This document shows, one piece after another, positions 23,413 through 35,031 of a DNA stretch of 64,000 nucleotides. The translations under genes and the position numbers were made by a program. The stretch is from Macrostomum lignano (taxonomy: Eukaryota): the NCBI GenBank assembly GCA_002269645.1, contig NIVC01001431.1, positions 1-64,000 on the forward strand, in the 5' to 3' direction. Position 1 is the first letter of the stretch, and the number at the start of each line of letters is the position of its first letter. The notes below the pieces were generated by a model. The model worked only from the letters and a program-made list of their open reading frames with translations, had not been told where the DNA came from and made no database searches.

Positions 23413-24951
23413 GCACGCGCCCCCTGGTGCTGGCGCCCCTGGTGCTGGCGCCCCTGGTGCTGGCGCCCCTGGTGCTGGCGCAACTGCTGCTGGCGTCCCT
23501 AGAGCTGGCGCCCCTGGTGCTAAAGCCCCTGGAGCTAAAGCCCCTGGTGCTGGCGCCCCTGGTGCTGGCGCCCCTGGTGCTGGCGCCCCTGGTGCTGGCG
23601 CCCCTGGTGCTGGCGCCTCTGGTGCTGGCGCCCCTGGTGCTGGCGCCCCTGGTGCTGGCGCCCCTGGTGCTGGCGCCCCTGGTGCTGGCGCCCCTGGTGC
23701 TGGCGCCCCTGGTGCTGGCGCCCCTGGTGCTGGCGCCCCTGGTGCTGGCGCCCCTGGTGCTGGCGCCCCTGGTGCTGGCGCCCCTGGTGCTGGCGCCCCT
23801 GGTGCTGGCGCCCCTGGTGCTGGCGCCCCTGGTGCTGGCGCCCCTGGTGCTGGCGCCCCTGGTGCTGGCGCCCCTGGTGCTGGCGCCCCTGGTGCTGGCG
23901 CCCCTGGTGCTGGCGCCCCTGGTGCTGGCGCCCCTGGTGCTGGCGCCGCTGGTGCTGGCGCCCCTGGTGCTGGCGCCCCTGGTGCTGGCGCCCCTGGTGC
24001 TGGCGCCCCTGGTGCTGGCGCCCCTGGTGCTGGCGCAACTGCTGCTGGCGCCCCTGGTGCTGGCGCCCCTGGTGCTGGCGCCCCTGGCGCTGGCGCCCCT
24101 GGTGCTGGCGCCGCTGGTGCTGGCGCCCCTGGTGCTGGCGCCCCTGGTGCCGGCGCCCCTGGTGCTGGTGCCCCTGGTGCTGGCGCCCCTGGTGCTGGCG
24201 CCCCTGGTGCTGGCGCCCCTGGTGCTGGCGCCCCTGGTGCTGGCGCAACTGCTGCTGGCGTCCCTAGAGCTGGCGCCCCTGGTGCTAAAGCCCCTGGAGC
24301 TAAAGCCCCTGGTGCTGGCGCCCCTGGTGCTAAAGCCCCTGGAGCTAAAGCCCCTGGTGCTGGCGCCCCTGGTGCTAAAGCCCCTGGAGCTAAAGCCCCT
24401 GGTGCTGGCGCCCCTGGTGCTAAAGCCCCTGGAGCTAAAGCCCCTGGTGCCGGCGCCCCTGGTGCTAAAGCCCCTGGAGCTAAAGCCCCTGGTGCCGGCG
24501 CCCCTGGTGCTGGCGCCCCTGGTGCTGGCGCCCCGGTGCTGGCGCCCCTGGTGCTGGCGCCCCTGGAGCTAAAGCCCCTGGTGCCGGCGCCCCTGGTGCT
24601 GGCGCCCCGGTGCTGGCGCCCCTGGTGCTGGCGCCCCGGTGCTGGCGCCCCTGGTGCTGGCGCCCCTGGTGCTGGCGCCCCTGGTGCTGGCGCCCCTGGT
24701 GCTGGCGCCCCTGGTGCTGGCGCCCCTGGTGCTGGCGCCCCTGGTGCTGGCGCCCCTGGTGCTGGCGCCCCTGGTGCTAAAGCCCCTGGTGCTAGAGCCC
24801 CTGGTGCTGGCGCCCCTGGTGCTGGCGCCCCTGGTGCTAAAGCCCCTGGTGCTAAAGCCCCTTGGTGCTAAAGCCCCTGGTGCTAAAGCCCCTGGTGCTA
24901 AAGCCCCTTGGTGCTAAAGCCCCTGGTGCTAAAGCCCCTGGTGCTAAAGCC
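23413..24951. repeat. 15-bp minisatellite (GCTGGCGCCCCTGGT)n
   Basis: About 100 copies with GCTAAAGCCCCT variants; open in several frames. Confidence 0.97.
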
Positions 24952-25870
24952 CTAAAAGATGCGCCATCCCCATCAAAATATTTCACAACAGCTACAGAGC
25001 TACGCCCCTTAGTGAGAAATGAGACGCGGTCTTTCAAATTACCGCGACTATTAAGCGACTCCCTCAATTTGAAATCGACAGCGTCGCTCGAAGCCGACTG
25101 GCTGCCGGGAATCGACGACCGCCGGCTGTCCAGAGTGGCCGGGTAGCCAACCGACGAGCCGGCGTCCCAGCGCCAGTCCAGCTCCCAGTCGCTGCTGTCG
25201 TCTCCGCTGTCTCCACCACCGTCGTAGCGACGCTGCCGATGCTGGGTTTTCCACTCGCTGCCGATGTCAATGCCGACATCCGAGGCGGTCAGCGAGGCGT
25301 GGACATGCCGCAGCAGCAGGCCGGACATGCCGGCGCCGATGCCGCTTCTCTTCGACATCGACGGCCGCCGGCGCCGCTGCCAAGTCCACGTCGTCGATCG
25401 ATCGTCGGGGACAGTGGATCCGCCGTCGCCGCTGAGCGCATCGGCCAAGTTGGCGTCGAGCTCCTGGTGCTTCACTTCGCTGGCTAGGCGGTCGCGCATG
25501 CCGCAGGCGAGCCGGTCTCTGCGGTCCTCAGACTGGTCCGAGTCGAAGCTGAACACCGAGGATGAGGCGGCGAAGTCCTCGTCGGCAAAACTTGGCGCCC
25601 TGGCCAGCAGTTCGGGACGGATCTTCACGATTAGGACGCAGATGTTGCCGCTGGAGCCGTGCGACTGTGTTTGAGTGGAAGAAGGCAGTTATGTCTGAGG
25701 ATTTTGGTCACAGATTGAGCAGATGTCAAAGTAATCTCCTGGATAGCTGGATCAGCAGGACGCTGCAGTCAGTTTTCTTAGAAAAGAGACTGAGGTCGGT
25801 GGGGTAGTGTGCTCTTCTTGAGAAGTCCGATATTTTCTCGACCGAATTAGTCTATGGCAAAACCTGCTGA

Positions 25871-27171
25871 ACTACTATGTGCACAATTATCCGGGCGTTT
25901 TGGAGGTGGGGTGGGTGTCAACCCACCCTGCCTCTCATTGGCTGGCGCTCGGCGCGCGCGCGCCGCAGGCGCGTGGCGCCAAGCGCCATCCAGGCGCGCG
26001 GCGTCAATCAGGCGCCAATTAGGCGCCCATGCCGCAGGCGCACCCTCCCGATATGTACACCCTCCCGATATGTATGCCCACCCTCCCGATATGTATGCCG
26101 CAGGCGCACCCTCCCGATATGTACCCCGATATGTACACCCTGCCGATATGTATGCAGCAGGCGCCCATGCCGCAGGCGCCCCAAGCCGCAGGCACCCCGA
26201 GTGTACACTCTCCCATGCCGCAGGCACCCCGAGTGTACACTCTCCTCAGTACACTCTCTGATGTACACTCTCCCCAGTACACTCTCCCGATATGTAGTCA
26301 ATGATATTAGGCTAGCGAAAACTACTTATAGTAGGTGAAATTGCGTATATTTACATAAAAAAGTAGATAAAACATATTGGTAAGTGTGAATAATGACGCA
26401 TATAGGTGTACAGAATTATCCAAAAAACATACAATGTAGGTGCATATTATCGATATATTGACAGAAATAGACAAAATACAAAGCAGGTACTGTAGGTGCT
26501 AATAAACATAGGTGGAAATACACACAGTATAATGCACACACTCTAGATTCAAATTATGTAGGTGCATAGGCTAAAATACACACACTGCAAGTTAAGTATA
26601 ATGCAGGAAAATTTAATACATAGCATATAATGTAGGCGCATTTTAAACAATACATTTTCCATATTAACCCGCAGGTACAAATTTCAGTGCATAGGCTAAA
26701 ATACACACACTGCAAATTGAGTATAATGCAGGAAAATTGTGACATATACAACATATGTATGCAAAATTAAGCGTATAATGTAGGTGCAAAGTAAAATACA
26801 AGCAACCGGCTCCATAGTAAAGAGACACGCCCCCAGAGCCAGGGCCGGGGGGTCCCAAGTACAGTGCGGACAGAGAGGAGTAACATAGAGAAATTCCTCC
26901 CCAAGCCTCAAATAGGGTTTTTTCAAGGGGATCCCAAGTACAGTTCAGGCAGAGAGCATTCCAATCCTCCCCAAATGGGGGTTATCAAGGACCCCTCACA
27001 TTGCACAGTGGAGGTAGAGTAACAGACCGCATACAAAGAGAATTCCAGTCAAACTTTACAGCACCTCCCACCCCAAATGAGGGTTTTAGTGGATCCCCAG
27101 AGGGTAGCTCTCCAAGTTGAGGGATCCCCCAGTGTGTTGCGAGGTCCAAGTACAGTGCAGGCAGAGAGTAA
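25871..27171 (+). repeat. Left TIR (~1.3 kb)
   Basis: Reverse complement of ~33481-34889; contains GC-rich CCTCCCGATATGT/GCAGGCGCCCATGCC modules and an AT-rich block. Confidence 0.92.
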
Positions 27172-27342
27172 TAGAGACCGCCCCCATGTACAGTGTGCTC
27201 CCGGGTGTCAAATGATGAAGGACCCAGCCTCAATGTTCAGGAGGTGTCAAATGATCCCGCCAGAATGCACAGTTGGGGTGAGTTTAGAACATAGGGGAAT
27301 CCCAGGCAGAGAGGTGTAAAAAGACAGATCCTTATCTCTCAC

Positions 27343-30300
27343 TCACTCACGAAAGCCATACGGTCGGCTGGCGGCCCCATACACCCTCTTAGTCATCACG
27401 CGCTGGAAAGTCTTGTCCATCTCGAGGGTCCTTATTGTGCAGCTGGCCTTATCGCGCCTGAACTGGGCCTGGGGCAGCCGTACAGTCCCGCCGTGGCGCA
27501 GAATCTGCTGCAGTTCATCCTCGCGCTCCGCAATCTCGGGCGTGACTCTGATGCCCTTACACTTGAGCACCGAGTACAGCGACCCGTCAGGCTTCTCCAC
27601 CACGTACCGGTAGAGTTTGGGGCCTCCCGTGGTGAACTGTACCATGCGGCAGCCTGCAGGTACTTCGTCAGTCCACTGCCCCAAACTCGAACCGCCCGGA
27701 GGCTCGTACTCGCCCGGAGAGCAGCGGTATACGACCCTGTGAGGAGGTGGAGGAGGATATAGTTTTAGGGGGAGAAAGAGAGACAGAGACAGTTGAAAAA
27801 ATTACTTACGAATCGGTATCGGCGTAAATGACGCGGGTTCCTAGACCCTCCAGAGCCTCGTAGAGTCGCAGCCGGGCATGGGAGGTGGTGAAAACGCCAA
27901 TAGGCACATTGGCGTACTTAAATGCGCGCTCGCTAGCGGCACCAAATCGGGGCTTGTACTCGAGCATCATGAAGCTCTCCCCGATTGGCTCGCACGACTT
28001 GACCTTGATGGACGGGTCCGTCAGGCGCTGCAGCCACGCCTCGTAGCTGTCCACAATCTCTGTGGAGGTCAGGTCGTCGCGCTGGCAGAATTTGCCCAGA
28101 GCCTGCAGGGAAAAAATAAATTTTTGTATATCTGGCTACTGTAAGTAGAAAAACACGGTCCCCCACTGCAAGTAGAAAAACCCCAACTTACGAGTTTAGA
28201 AAAATCTTGGCAACAAAGCGCAGGCCAGGATTTTCTTCCACCTTTTCCAGCCGGACGCCTTCGCGGTCGAAAAAGCTGGCCATGTAGGCAGCCTTGGCGT
28301 CCTCAGTCATCCCCGGTGAACCGCTAGACTCGGCTTTGAGCTTTAAAAAGGTGTTTACATAGTCTGCAAACAGCCCGGTCCGAGTCTCGGTCCAATAGGC
28401 CAGGGCATGAACTGACTGCAGCTTGTAACCCAACTGCAGGGCCTTGTGGAGCTCTGGGGTCGCCCACGTGCCGCGGAGCATTCTCTCAGCGTCAGTGTGT
28501 GTACACTCGCTGCTGCACTGTTTCTCCATGCAGACGCGGCAGAGGCCGAAAACCAGCTTCTTGTTAATCTTGGCGGGCAGTAGCGGGATGTGGAGATTGG
28601 TTGGCGGCAGAATCGATACCTCGGCGATGCCAAAATACCCAGCCAGCTGCTGTTCATCCATTAGATGAGGTTCGGGGTGGTAAACCGGGTGCCCGACGGG
28701 GTACTTGTCAAACTTGTTGACAGTCGGGTAGAGCGACACCTAGGGGGGATAAGTAGGCTAAACTCAAACGCATGTCAACTGTGTGTGTGTGTACAAGTGT
28801 ACAAAATTACCACATCCCGATAGCGCAGCTCCACAGTCTCAGTGGCCTCGGCGTGCGGGACAAAAGCCTCGGTGCGACCGCCGAACAGGGCATCCTCCAG
28901 GCGAATAGGCTGCTGGACTGGCGCTCCCTCGTCCTGATAGTCGTGCTCCCACATGACACGTACATTGTAGGCAGTGGAGAGCAGGCGAGTGAAGCGCTCA
29001 GTCTCTTCATAAATTTCCCGCATTGGCTGGTTCTTGAGCGGGTGCAGCACGTCGCCGTTGGGGAAGCACTTGGGACACCCGTGATAGAAGCACCCGTGAA
29101 ACTGCAGCACCGTCCTACTCTCCGGGTCGAAACCGTCCACCTTACGGCCCATGGCGAAAGCCTCGCCGCCAGAATCGGCTGTCCTCAACCGGCCGCCAAA
29201 CTCGGTTGCATTCAAATGTGCCAGCCAACACCGCGCCTTGTGCGACTGTACATCTGATCGGCGAGAAATCACCCCAAGAGTGTTGGGCTCCATAAACTTG
29301 GAGGTGAATACCGACATAGCCAAGCCCGAAAGTGTTGGATTGGACAAATGCGTCCAGTCCGCAAATGTCCTTAATCAGGCGGGTGTATTTAAGGCAGCCT
29401 TCCCGCAAAATTAGCGTGTCCTGCAGACAATAGTCCAGATACTCCTTATTAAAATTAAACACTTTGCCCTCCTGCTTGGCCAACCAGTCCGCGATGGAGT
29501 CGTGCTGCTTATTCTTCTTCCCGCCGTACATTTCAATTGAACAGTAAGGCCCCACGTAGCCCCAGTTTTGCGGCTGGTTAAACACGTGCGGGAAATCTCC
29601 TTTGGTCAGTTGGGTGCCCAAACCAAGCGCCTTTGGGAATTGCGCCAGACCAATAGGGATGAAGTTGAGGCTGTCCTTGAAGGTGATCTTGTCACACTTC
29701 ATGTACATTAGGCGGCTGTTCTGGAAGATCACCTGAGGCTTCTTCTTGGCCAGTCCGTTGAGTAGGGCGCCGAGCAGGAGGAATGCGTCATACGCAGAGC
29801 CGTTGTGTGCTATAGCAATAGCGCCCTGCTTGAACACGCTAGTCAACCAGCAGTAAAATGCATCAAGAGAGTGCGGCCCGACTGATACAAACTCTCGCAT
29901 CCCGCAGGCACAGTCGCTGTGGGACACACAGCTCGTGAAATCGCGAGCCAAATCGCGTCCCGCAATGCAATTGGCTAAGCTGTGTAGTCCCCCGCACGCG
30001 CCGCAGCGGGGCCTGGGGAAGAGTTTGGGACACGCCTCGCAGGAGGTAGCTGCCGTAACCAAGTGTACCCGGTGCTGCTTTCCCGAGTCCACGTACGTCT
30101 CAAAATCATAGTAAACGTACGGGGCGCTATACTCTTTGGCTTTGGGCGGGGTGACAAAGCACTCGTGGGTGGCAGTTTCGTCGTACTGCTTGCAGACTGG
30201 GCACTTGGCGTGCGTGACCGCACTGGTGTTCTGGGGCTTGGCCTACTTTCAGTTCTTCTAGATAGCCACACGTGCCGCAAACGTGGACTGAATCACAGCG

Positions 30301-32542
30301 AGATCTGCCCGCCTTATTCTTGCGCTTGTGATTCTCTAGGCACTGAGCATTATAGCAATTTAGCCCGCAATCCTGGCATCTTACATATGCTCGGTTAGCC
30401 CTGCAGTTGGAGCCCGGAGTCTTGCAGGTGCTACACGCATCCGCACACTTGTGCTTGGCGGGGTCGCTATCATAGGCCATCTCGCACTTCGCGCAGTAGC
30501 AGAGGCTGCCGAAAAACGCAGGCAGCTTGGTGATCACGTTGAAGTGCTGCTCAACCAGGTGCAGGTGCAGAATCTCGGTGCCAGGCAGGTTGAAGATGCA
30601 CCGGTTGGCCTCCTCTGCCCGGTACACGCGTACACCAAAGTTGTGGCCAGGATGCAGCCGGTTCAGGGCACAGATCGCTTCGGGCAGTGCATCCAGCCCG
30701 AAAGGACCGGCCTGCGAGACGATTTGATGAGTCTGTGTGGGGGGTAAAATATTTCTTTTAGTATTCCTTATCGAAAAATTTCTCATCAGAGTATGGTTCT
30801 TTTAGTATTCCATGATACTGTGCAAAAAAATCTTATCAGAAAATATATCTTTTAGTATTCCATGATACTGTGTAAAAATTATTTTAGTATTCCCTGGTAC
30901 TATGTAAGATTTCTTATCAGAAAATATATCTTTTAGTATTCCATAATACTGTGTATAAATTCTTTTAGTAATCTATGAAAATAGCAGAAAATATATCTTT
31001 TAGTATTCCATGATACAGTGGAAAATTAGTGCACAACTTACCGTGTAGAGGCCTGCTTTGACTTGCAGCTCAGTCGCCAGCTTAGTCTGCTTGGGCGAAT
31101 TGGCCTTGATCCTGCGCCACACATCCTCGGTGATGCGCTTGGCCACAAATTGCAGGTAGGCGCAGGCCACGACCAGAGCACGCAGCAGGCACCTCTTGTA
31201 CGTGTTGTTGATGCGGACATAGTGCTTGGAGAAGGCGTGCCTCTCTTCTAGATGCTTGTTCTCGAGGGCACAGCCACCTCGAGGTACCCAGGCCTTTAGC
31301 AGACGGATAGAAAAGTTGCCCGTCAGTACAGTGGCATCCGACTGCACAATCTTGTTGATGTGCTTAAACAACAATTCAGCCGTCATGCGGGATGCACGCA
31401 CCGGGGGAGTATGGGCCGCTTTGAGCATATTGTCGCTCTCGAATTTCGCAGCCATGAAATCCTCGCCGGCTAAATCTTGCTTAAAGACATCGAGCATACT
31501 AGCGAATGTCTCGCGTAAATCTTCGGTGTCATCTAACTTCACAACATATTCAACACCCTTTGCCCTAAACTTGGGCAGGTCACGCTGATTATCTAGCCGG
31601 GCCGTGAAACCTGCATGGAATGAGTAGGGGGTGTGAGTCAGCCAGGGTCTGTCTGGGGATTGGGGGGGCTGGATAACTCACCCGGTCCGGTAACAGATTC
31701 CGGCTGTGTTGGCGGGACAAACGCGTCTGAAAAAACACAAGGAGATAAAAAAACAGAAGAATCTGTCATTTTCCTGACCCCAGCGTGTTTCCCAACCCCA
31801 GCCCTCAGTCGCAGCAATTTCTAATCAGAGTCTTTGTTTACTCTGCCGTCCCCGCAGCAACTCTCTGTCGCAGCAATTTCTTATCTGCACCCCCGCTGCA
31901 GCCTGTCACACTACCCCAGTCTTTGTTTACTCTGCTGCCCCTCTCCCACAGACCCTGCAGCTGTTGCTGCTGTCTAGCCCTCCCCAGCAACTCTCTGTCT
32001 GTTTTTGCAGCAATTTCTTATCTGTACCCCAGCTGCAGCCTGTCTGGGTAGCGCCCTATCCGCACCAATTTCTTATCAGTCTGTCCCCGCGCTACACACA
32101 CCCCGCAACTCTCTGCCACCGCCCTGTTGAAACTTGTCTAGCCCCACCCCAGTAGTTTTTTTTGCTACAGACCCTGCCGCAGTACCCCACCCTAGCAACT
32201 CCAGTCTAGACCCCTGCAGCTGTCGCACCACCCCTGCCCGCGGTCCCAGTCTTTGTTTACTCTGCTGCTCCACAGCAACTCTCTGTCGCAGCAATTTCTT
32301 ATCTGCACCCCAGCTGCAGCCTGTCTGGACAGCACCCTATCTGCAGCCCCAGTCTGTCCCCGCACACCCAGCTGAAGCGCTAAACCCCTGCAGCTGTCGC
32401 AGCAGCTCACCCCCCTGCCGCAGTACCCCACCCTAGCAACTCTAGTCTAGACTAGACAGCCAGAAATTAATTAAAACTTACCATAAAGACGTTGCCTCTT
32501 GTCAGCCAGGAAAGCAGTTGCTGCGGCGCTGCGTTTAGCCAT
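27343..32542 (-). CDS. polB: Spliced protein-primed PolB with a Vsr-like insert, about 1,275 aa when repaired; exons 32542-32482, 31726-31682, 31610-31042, 30732(or 30711)-28811, 28739-28192, 28102-27810, 27736-27343
   Basis: YYDFET (ExoI), AHNGSAYD (ExoII), YCLQDT (ExoIII), FHGCFYHGCPKC (Vsr-like). Splicing restores RDV|VSLYP, LNS|LWGK and YADTDS|VVY. All introns are GT..AG with matching phases. Three indels remain (+4 at ~30210, +1 at ~29345, -1 at ~28095). The first two exons are less certain than the 3' ones. Confidence 0.88.
31780..32460. repeat. Patchwork repeats in the predicted first pPolB intron
   Basis: Recurring GCAGCAATTTCTTATCTG.ACCCC.GCTGCAGCCTGTC and CCAGTCTTTGTTTACTCTG modules. 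Confidence 0.75.
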
Positions 32543-32781
32543 TTTGCAAACAGAGAGCGTGAGAGAGCGGAGAGAGAAGGATTATCTCTCTACCCTGGCT
32601 CTGGGGGTCTGTATATATACTAAAAAATCTGCTCAGCTTGCCTGCTATTGGTCAAATCGCCAAAAACCAACCAAAATCATAAAAAATCACCCTCAAAATC
32701 ACCACCCACCCCACCCTCCATCTGGGGGTATATAAGGCGCTGCACGGCTGTCAGAGAGCTCTCTGCTGCTGCTGCTAAATC
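32543..32781. promoter_or_regulatory. Putative bidirectional Pol II promoter
   Basis: GTATATATAC (32611-32620) upstream of the pPolB ATG and TATATAA (32729-32735) upstream of the PC4-like ATG. Confidence 0.55.
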
Positions 32782-33267
32782 ATGTCTTCTATCTCTCTAT
32801 ACGAAAACTTTGTGGCGCGGATGCCCACATTTGAAACTGAACACAACTTGATTGAAATTCGGCGTCTCTACACAGACGAGGCTGGAGTGTGGAAGGACGG
32901 CTTCCCTGCAATCTACTTGAGCGAGCGAGAGTGGGAGAAGCTCGAAGCTGCGCGGCCTGACCTGGAGGCCGCTGCCCGCCTTCACGTGAACAAGCGGGTC
33001 CTGTTGGGCAATTTCAAGGCAGTTGAAGCTTCGCGAGGGAGGATCCGTTTGCGGCGCAATTGGCTCAACGTGGACCCAAAGTTTAATTGGCGCTACACGA
33101 TCGAATTCACGCCTGATCTGTGGCGCCGGATGTTTGCCTCCCGTTTGGACAAGCTCTTCAAGCTGGAGCCCGAGGCCAAGAGAGCCAAGACAGAGGACAA
33201 TCTGCAGGACTGCCTTGACAGCATCAAACCCTACCCTTGGGGAAATCTGTTTGACGAGGGTTGCTAA
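32782..33267 (+). CDS. Tandem PC4/Sub1-like ssDNA-binding protein (161 aa)
   Basis: Intact ORF. F....LIEIRRLYTDEAGVWKDGFPAIYLSEREWEKL aligns by eye to the PC4 motif IDIREYW.D..GE.KPG.KGISL...QW..L, and a weaker second repeat follows (IRLRRNW...YTIEFTPDLWRRM). Confidence 0.7.
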   Translation: MSSISLYENFVARMPTFETEHNLIEIRRLYTDEAGVWKDGFPAIYLSEREWEKLEAARPDLEAAARLHVNKRVLLGNFKAVEASRGRIRLRRNWLNVDPKFNWRYTIEFTPDLWRRMFASRLDKLFKLEPEAKRAKTEDNLQDCLDSIKPYPWGNLFDEGC

Positions 33268-33480
33268 TTGAGGCATGCCGCATCCGTACAGCGCGAACCC
33301 GATTTTGGTAAGCTTAATCTCATATAAATTGCATATAAATTAGATATAATCTGTCTATATTGAACACTAAAATATTGTTTACTTTGACAGATGTTTCGAG
33401 AGCGCTGATGAGGAGGAGACTGCCCTGGCTGAAGATCGAGCTCGAGTTTGACTGATAAGGGAATTTCTGTTTGTACTCTG

Positions 33481-34889
33481 TTACTCTCTGCATGCACTGT
33501 ACTTGGGCCTCGCAATACACTGGGGATCCCTCAACTTGGAGAGCTACCCTCTGGGGATCCACTAAAACCCTCATTTGGGGTGGGAGGTGCTGTAAAGTTT
33601 GACTGGAATTCTCTTTGTATGCGGTCTGTTACTCTACCTCCACTGTGCAATGTGAGGGGTCCTTGATAACCCCCATTTGGGGAGGATTGGAATGCTCTCT
33701 GCCTGAACTGTACTTGGGATCCCCTTGAAAAAAACCCTATTTGAGGCTTGGGGAGGAATTTCTCTATGTTACTCCTCTCTGTCCGCACTGTACTTGGGAC
33801 CCCCCGGCCCTGGCTCTGGGGGCGTGTCTCTTTACTATGGAGCCGGTTGCTTGTATTTTACTTTGCACCTACATTATACGCTTAATTTTGCATACATATG
33901 TTGTATATGTCACAATTTTCCTGCATTATACTCAATTTGCAGTGTGTGTATTTTAGCCTATGCACTGAAATTTGTACCTGCGGGTTAATATGGAAAATGT
34001 ATTGTTTAAAATGCGCCTACATTATATGCTATGTATTATAATTTTCCTGCATTATACTCAATTTGCAGTGTGTGTATTTTACCCTATGCACCTACATAAT
34101 TTGAATCTAGAGTGTGTGTAATATACTGTGTGTATTTCCACCTATGTTTTATCAGCGCCTACAGTACCCGCTTTGTCTATTTCTGTCAATATATCGATAA
34201 TATGCGCCTACATTGTGTGTTTTTTGCTGCTCAGCTCCAATATGTACATTTTAATATGCATTATGCGTCATTATTCACACCTACCAATATGTTTTATCTA
34301 CTTTTTTATGCAAATATACGCAATTTCACCTACTATAAGTAGTTTTCACTAGCCTAATATCGCTGACTACATATCTGTGTATGCATACATATCGGGAGAG
34401 TGTACTGGGGAGAGTGTACACTCGGGTGTCTGCGGCGTGGGAGAGTGTACACTCGGGGCGCCTGCGGCTTGGGAGAGTGGGGCGCCTGCGGCATGGGCGC
34501 CTGCTGTTCTGGAGGGTGGGCATACATATCGGGAGGGTGCGCCTGCGGCATGGGCGCCTGCTGCTCTGGAGGGTGGGCATACATATCGGGAGGGTGCGCC
34601 TGCGGCATGGGCGCCTGCTGCTCTGGAGGGTGGGCATACATATCGGGGTACTTATCGGGAGGGTGGGCATACATATCGGGAGGGTGCGCCTGCGGCATGG
34701 GCGCCTGCTGCTCTGGAGGGTGGGCATACATATCGGGGTACATATCGGGAGGGTGGGCATACATATCGGGAGGGTGCGCCTGCGGCATGGGCGCCTGATT
34801 GGCGCCGCGCGCGCCAGCCAATGAGAGGCGAGGAGGGTTGACACCCACCCCACCTCCAAAAACGCCCGGATAATGGGGCCCTTAGTAGT
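33481..34889 (-). repeat. Right TIR (~1.4 kb)
   Basis: Inverted copy of the left TIR with a different number of internal modules. Confidence 0.92.
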
Positions 34890-35031
34890 TGCTGATCCCT
34901 GAGCACGCGCCCGGGTGAGTTGCGCATGCAGGCACACGCTCACACAGGGTGAACACAAGGACCACTCAGGTAGATCGGGGACTCCGTTTCTTGGAAAACT
35001 TTAGGAAACAGATTTTCCGAAATTGTACATT

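Larger units (their letters stand above)
25871..34889. mobile_element. 9,019-bp minimal Maverick-related TIR element (spliced pPolB + PC4-like gene; no integrase or capsid)
   Basis: Termini ACTACT...AGTAGT flanked by TGCTGA (25865-25870 and 34890-34895), long TIRs, and two internal genes only. Confidence 0.93.

Noticed and set aside
23396-24871. 491-aa (GAPGA)n elastin/silk-like ORF
   Set aside because: It is a 15-bp minisatellite that is open in several frames on both strands, with no signal peptide or unique domain and with internal frameshifts.
25847-26338. Repetitive ORFs in the TIRs (also 34326-34958)
   Set aside because: They arise from VNTR modules in the inverted repeats and are open in many frames.
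31780-32460. Additional micro-exons of the spliced pPolB
   Set aside because: Some AG/GT pairs exist, but no phase-consistent set was found, and direct joining of 32482 to 31726 is already in frame.
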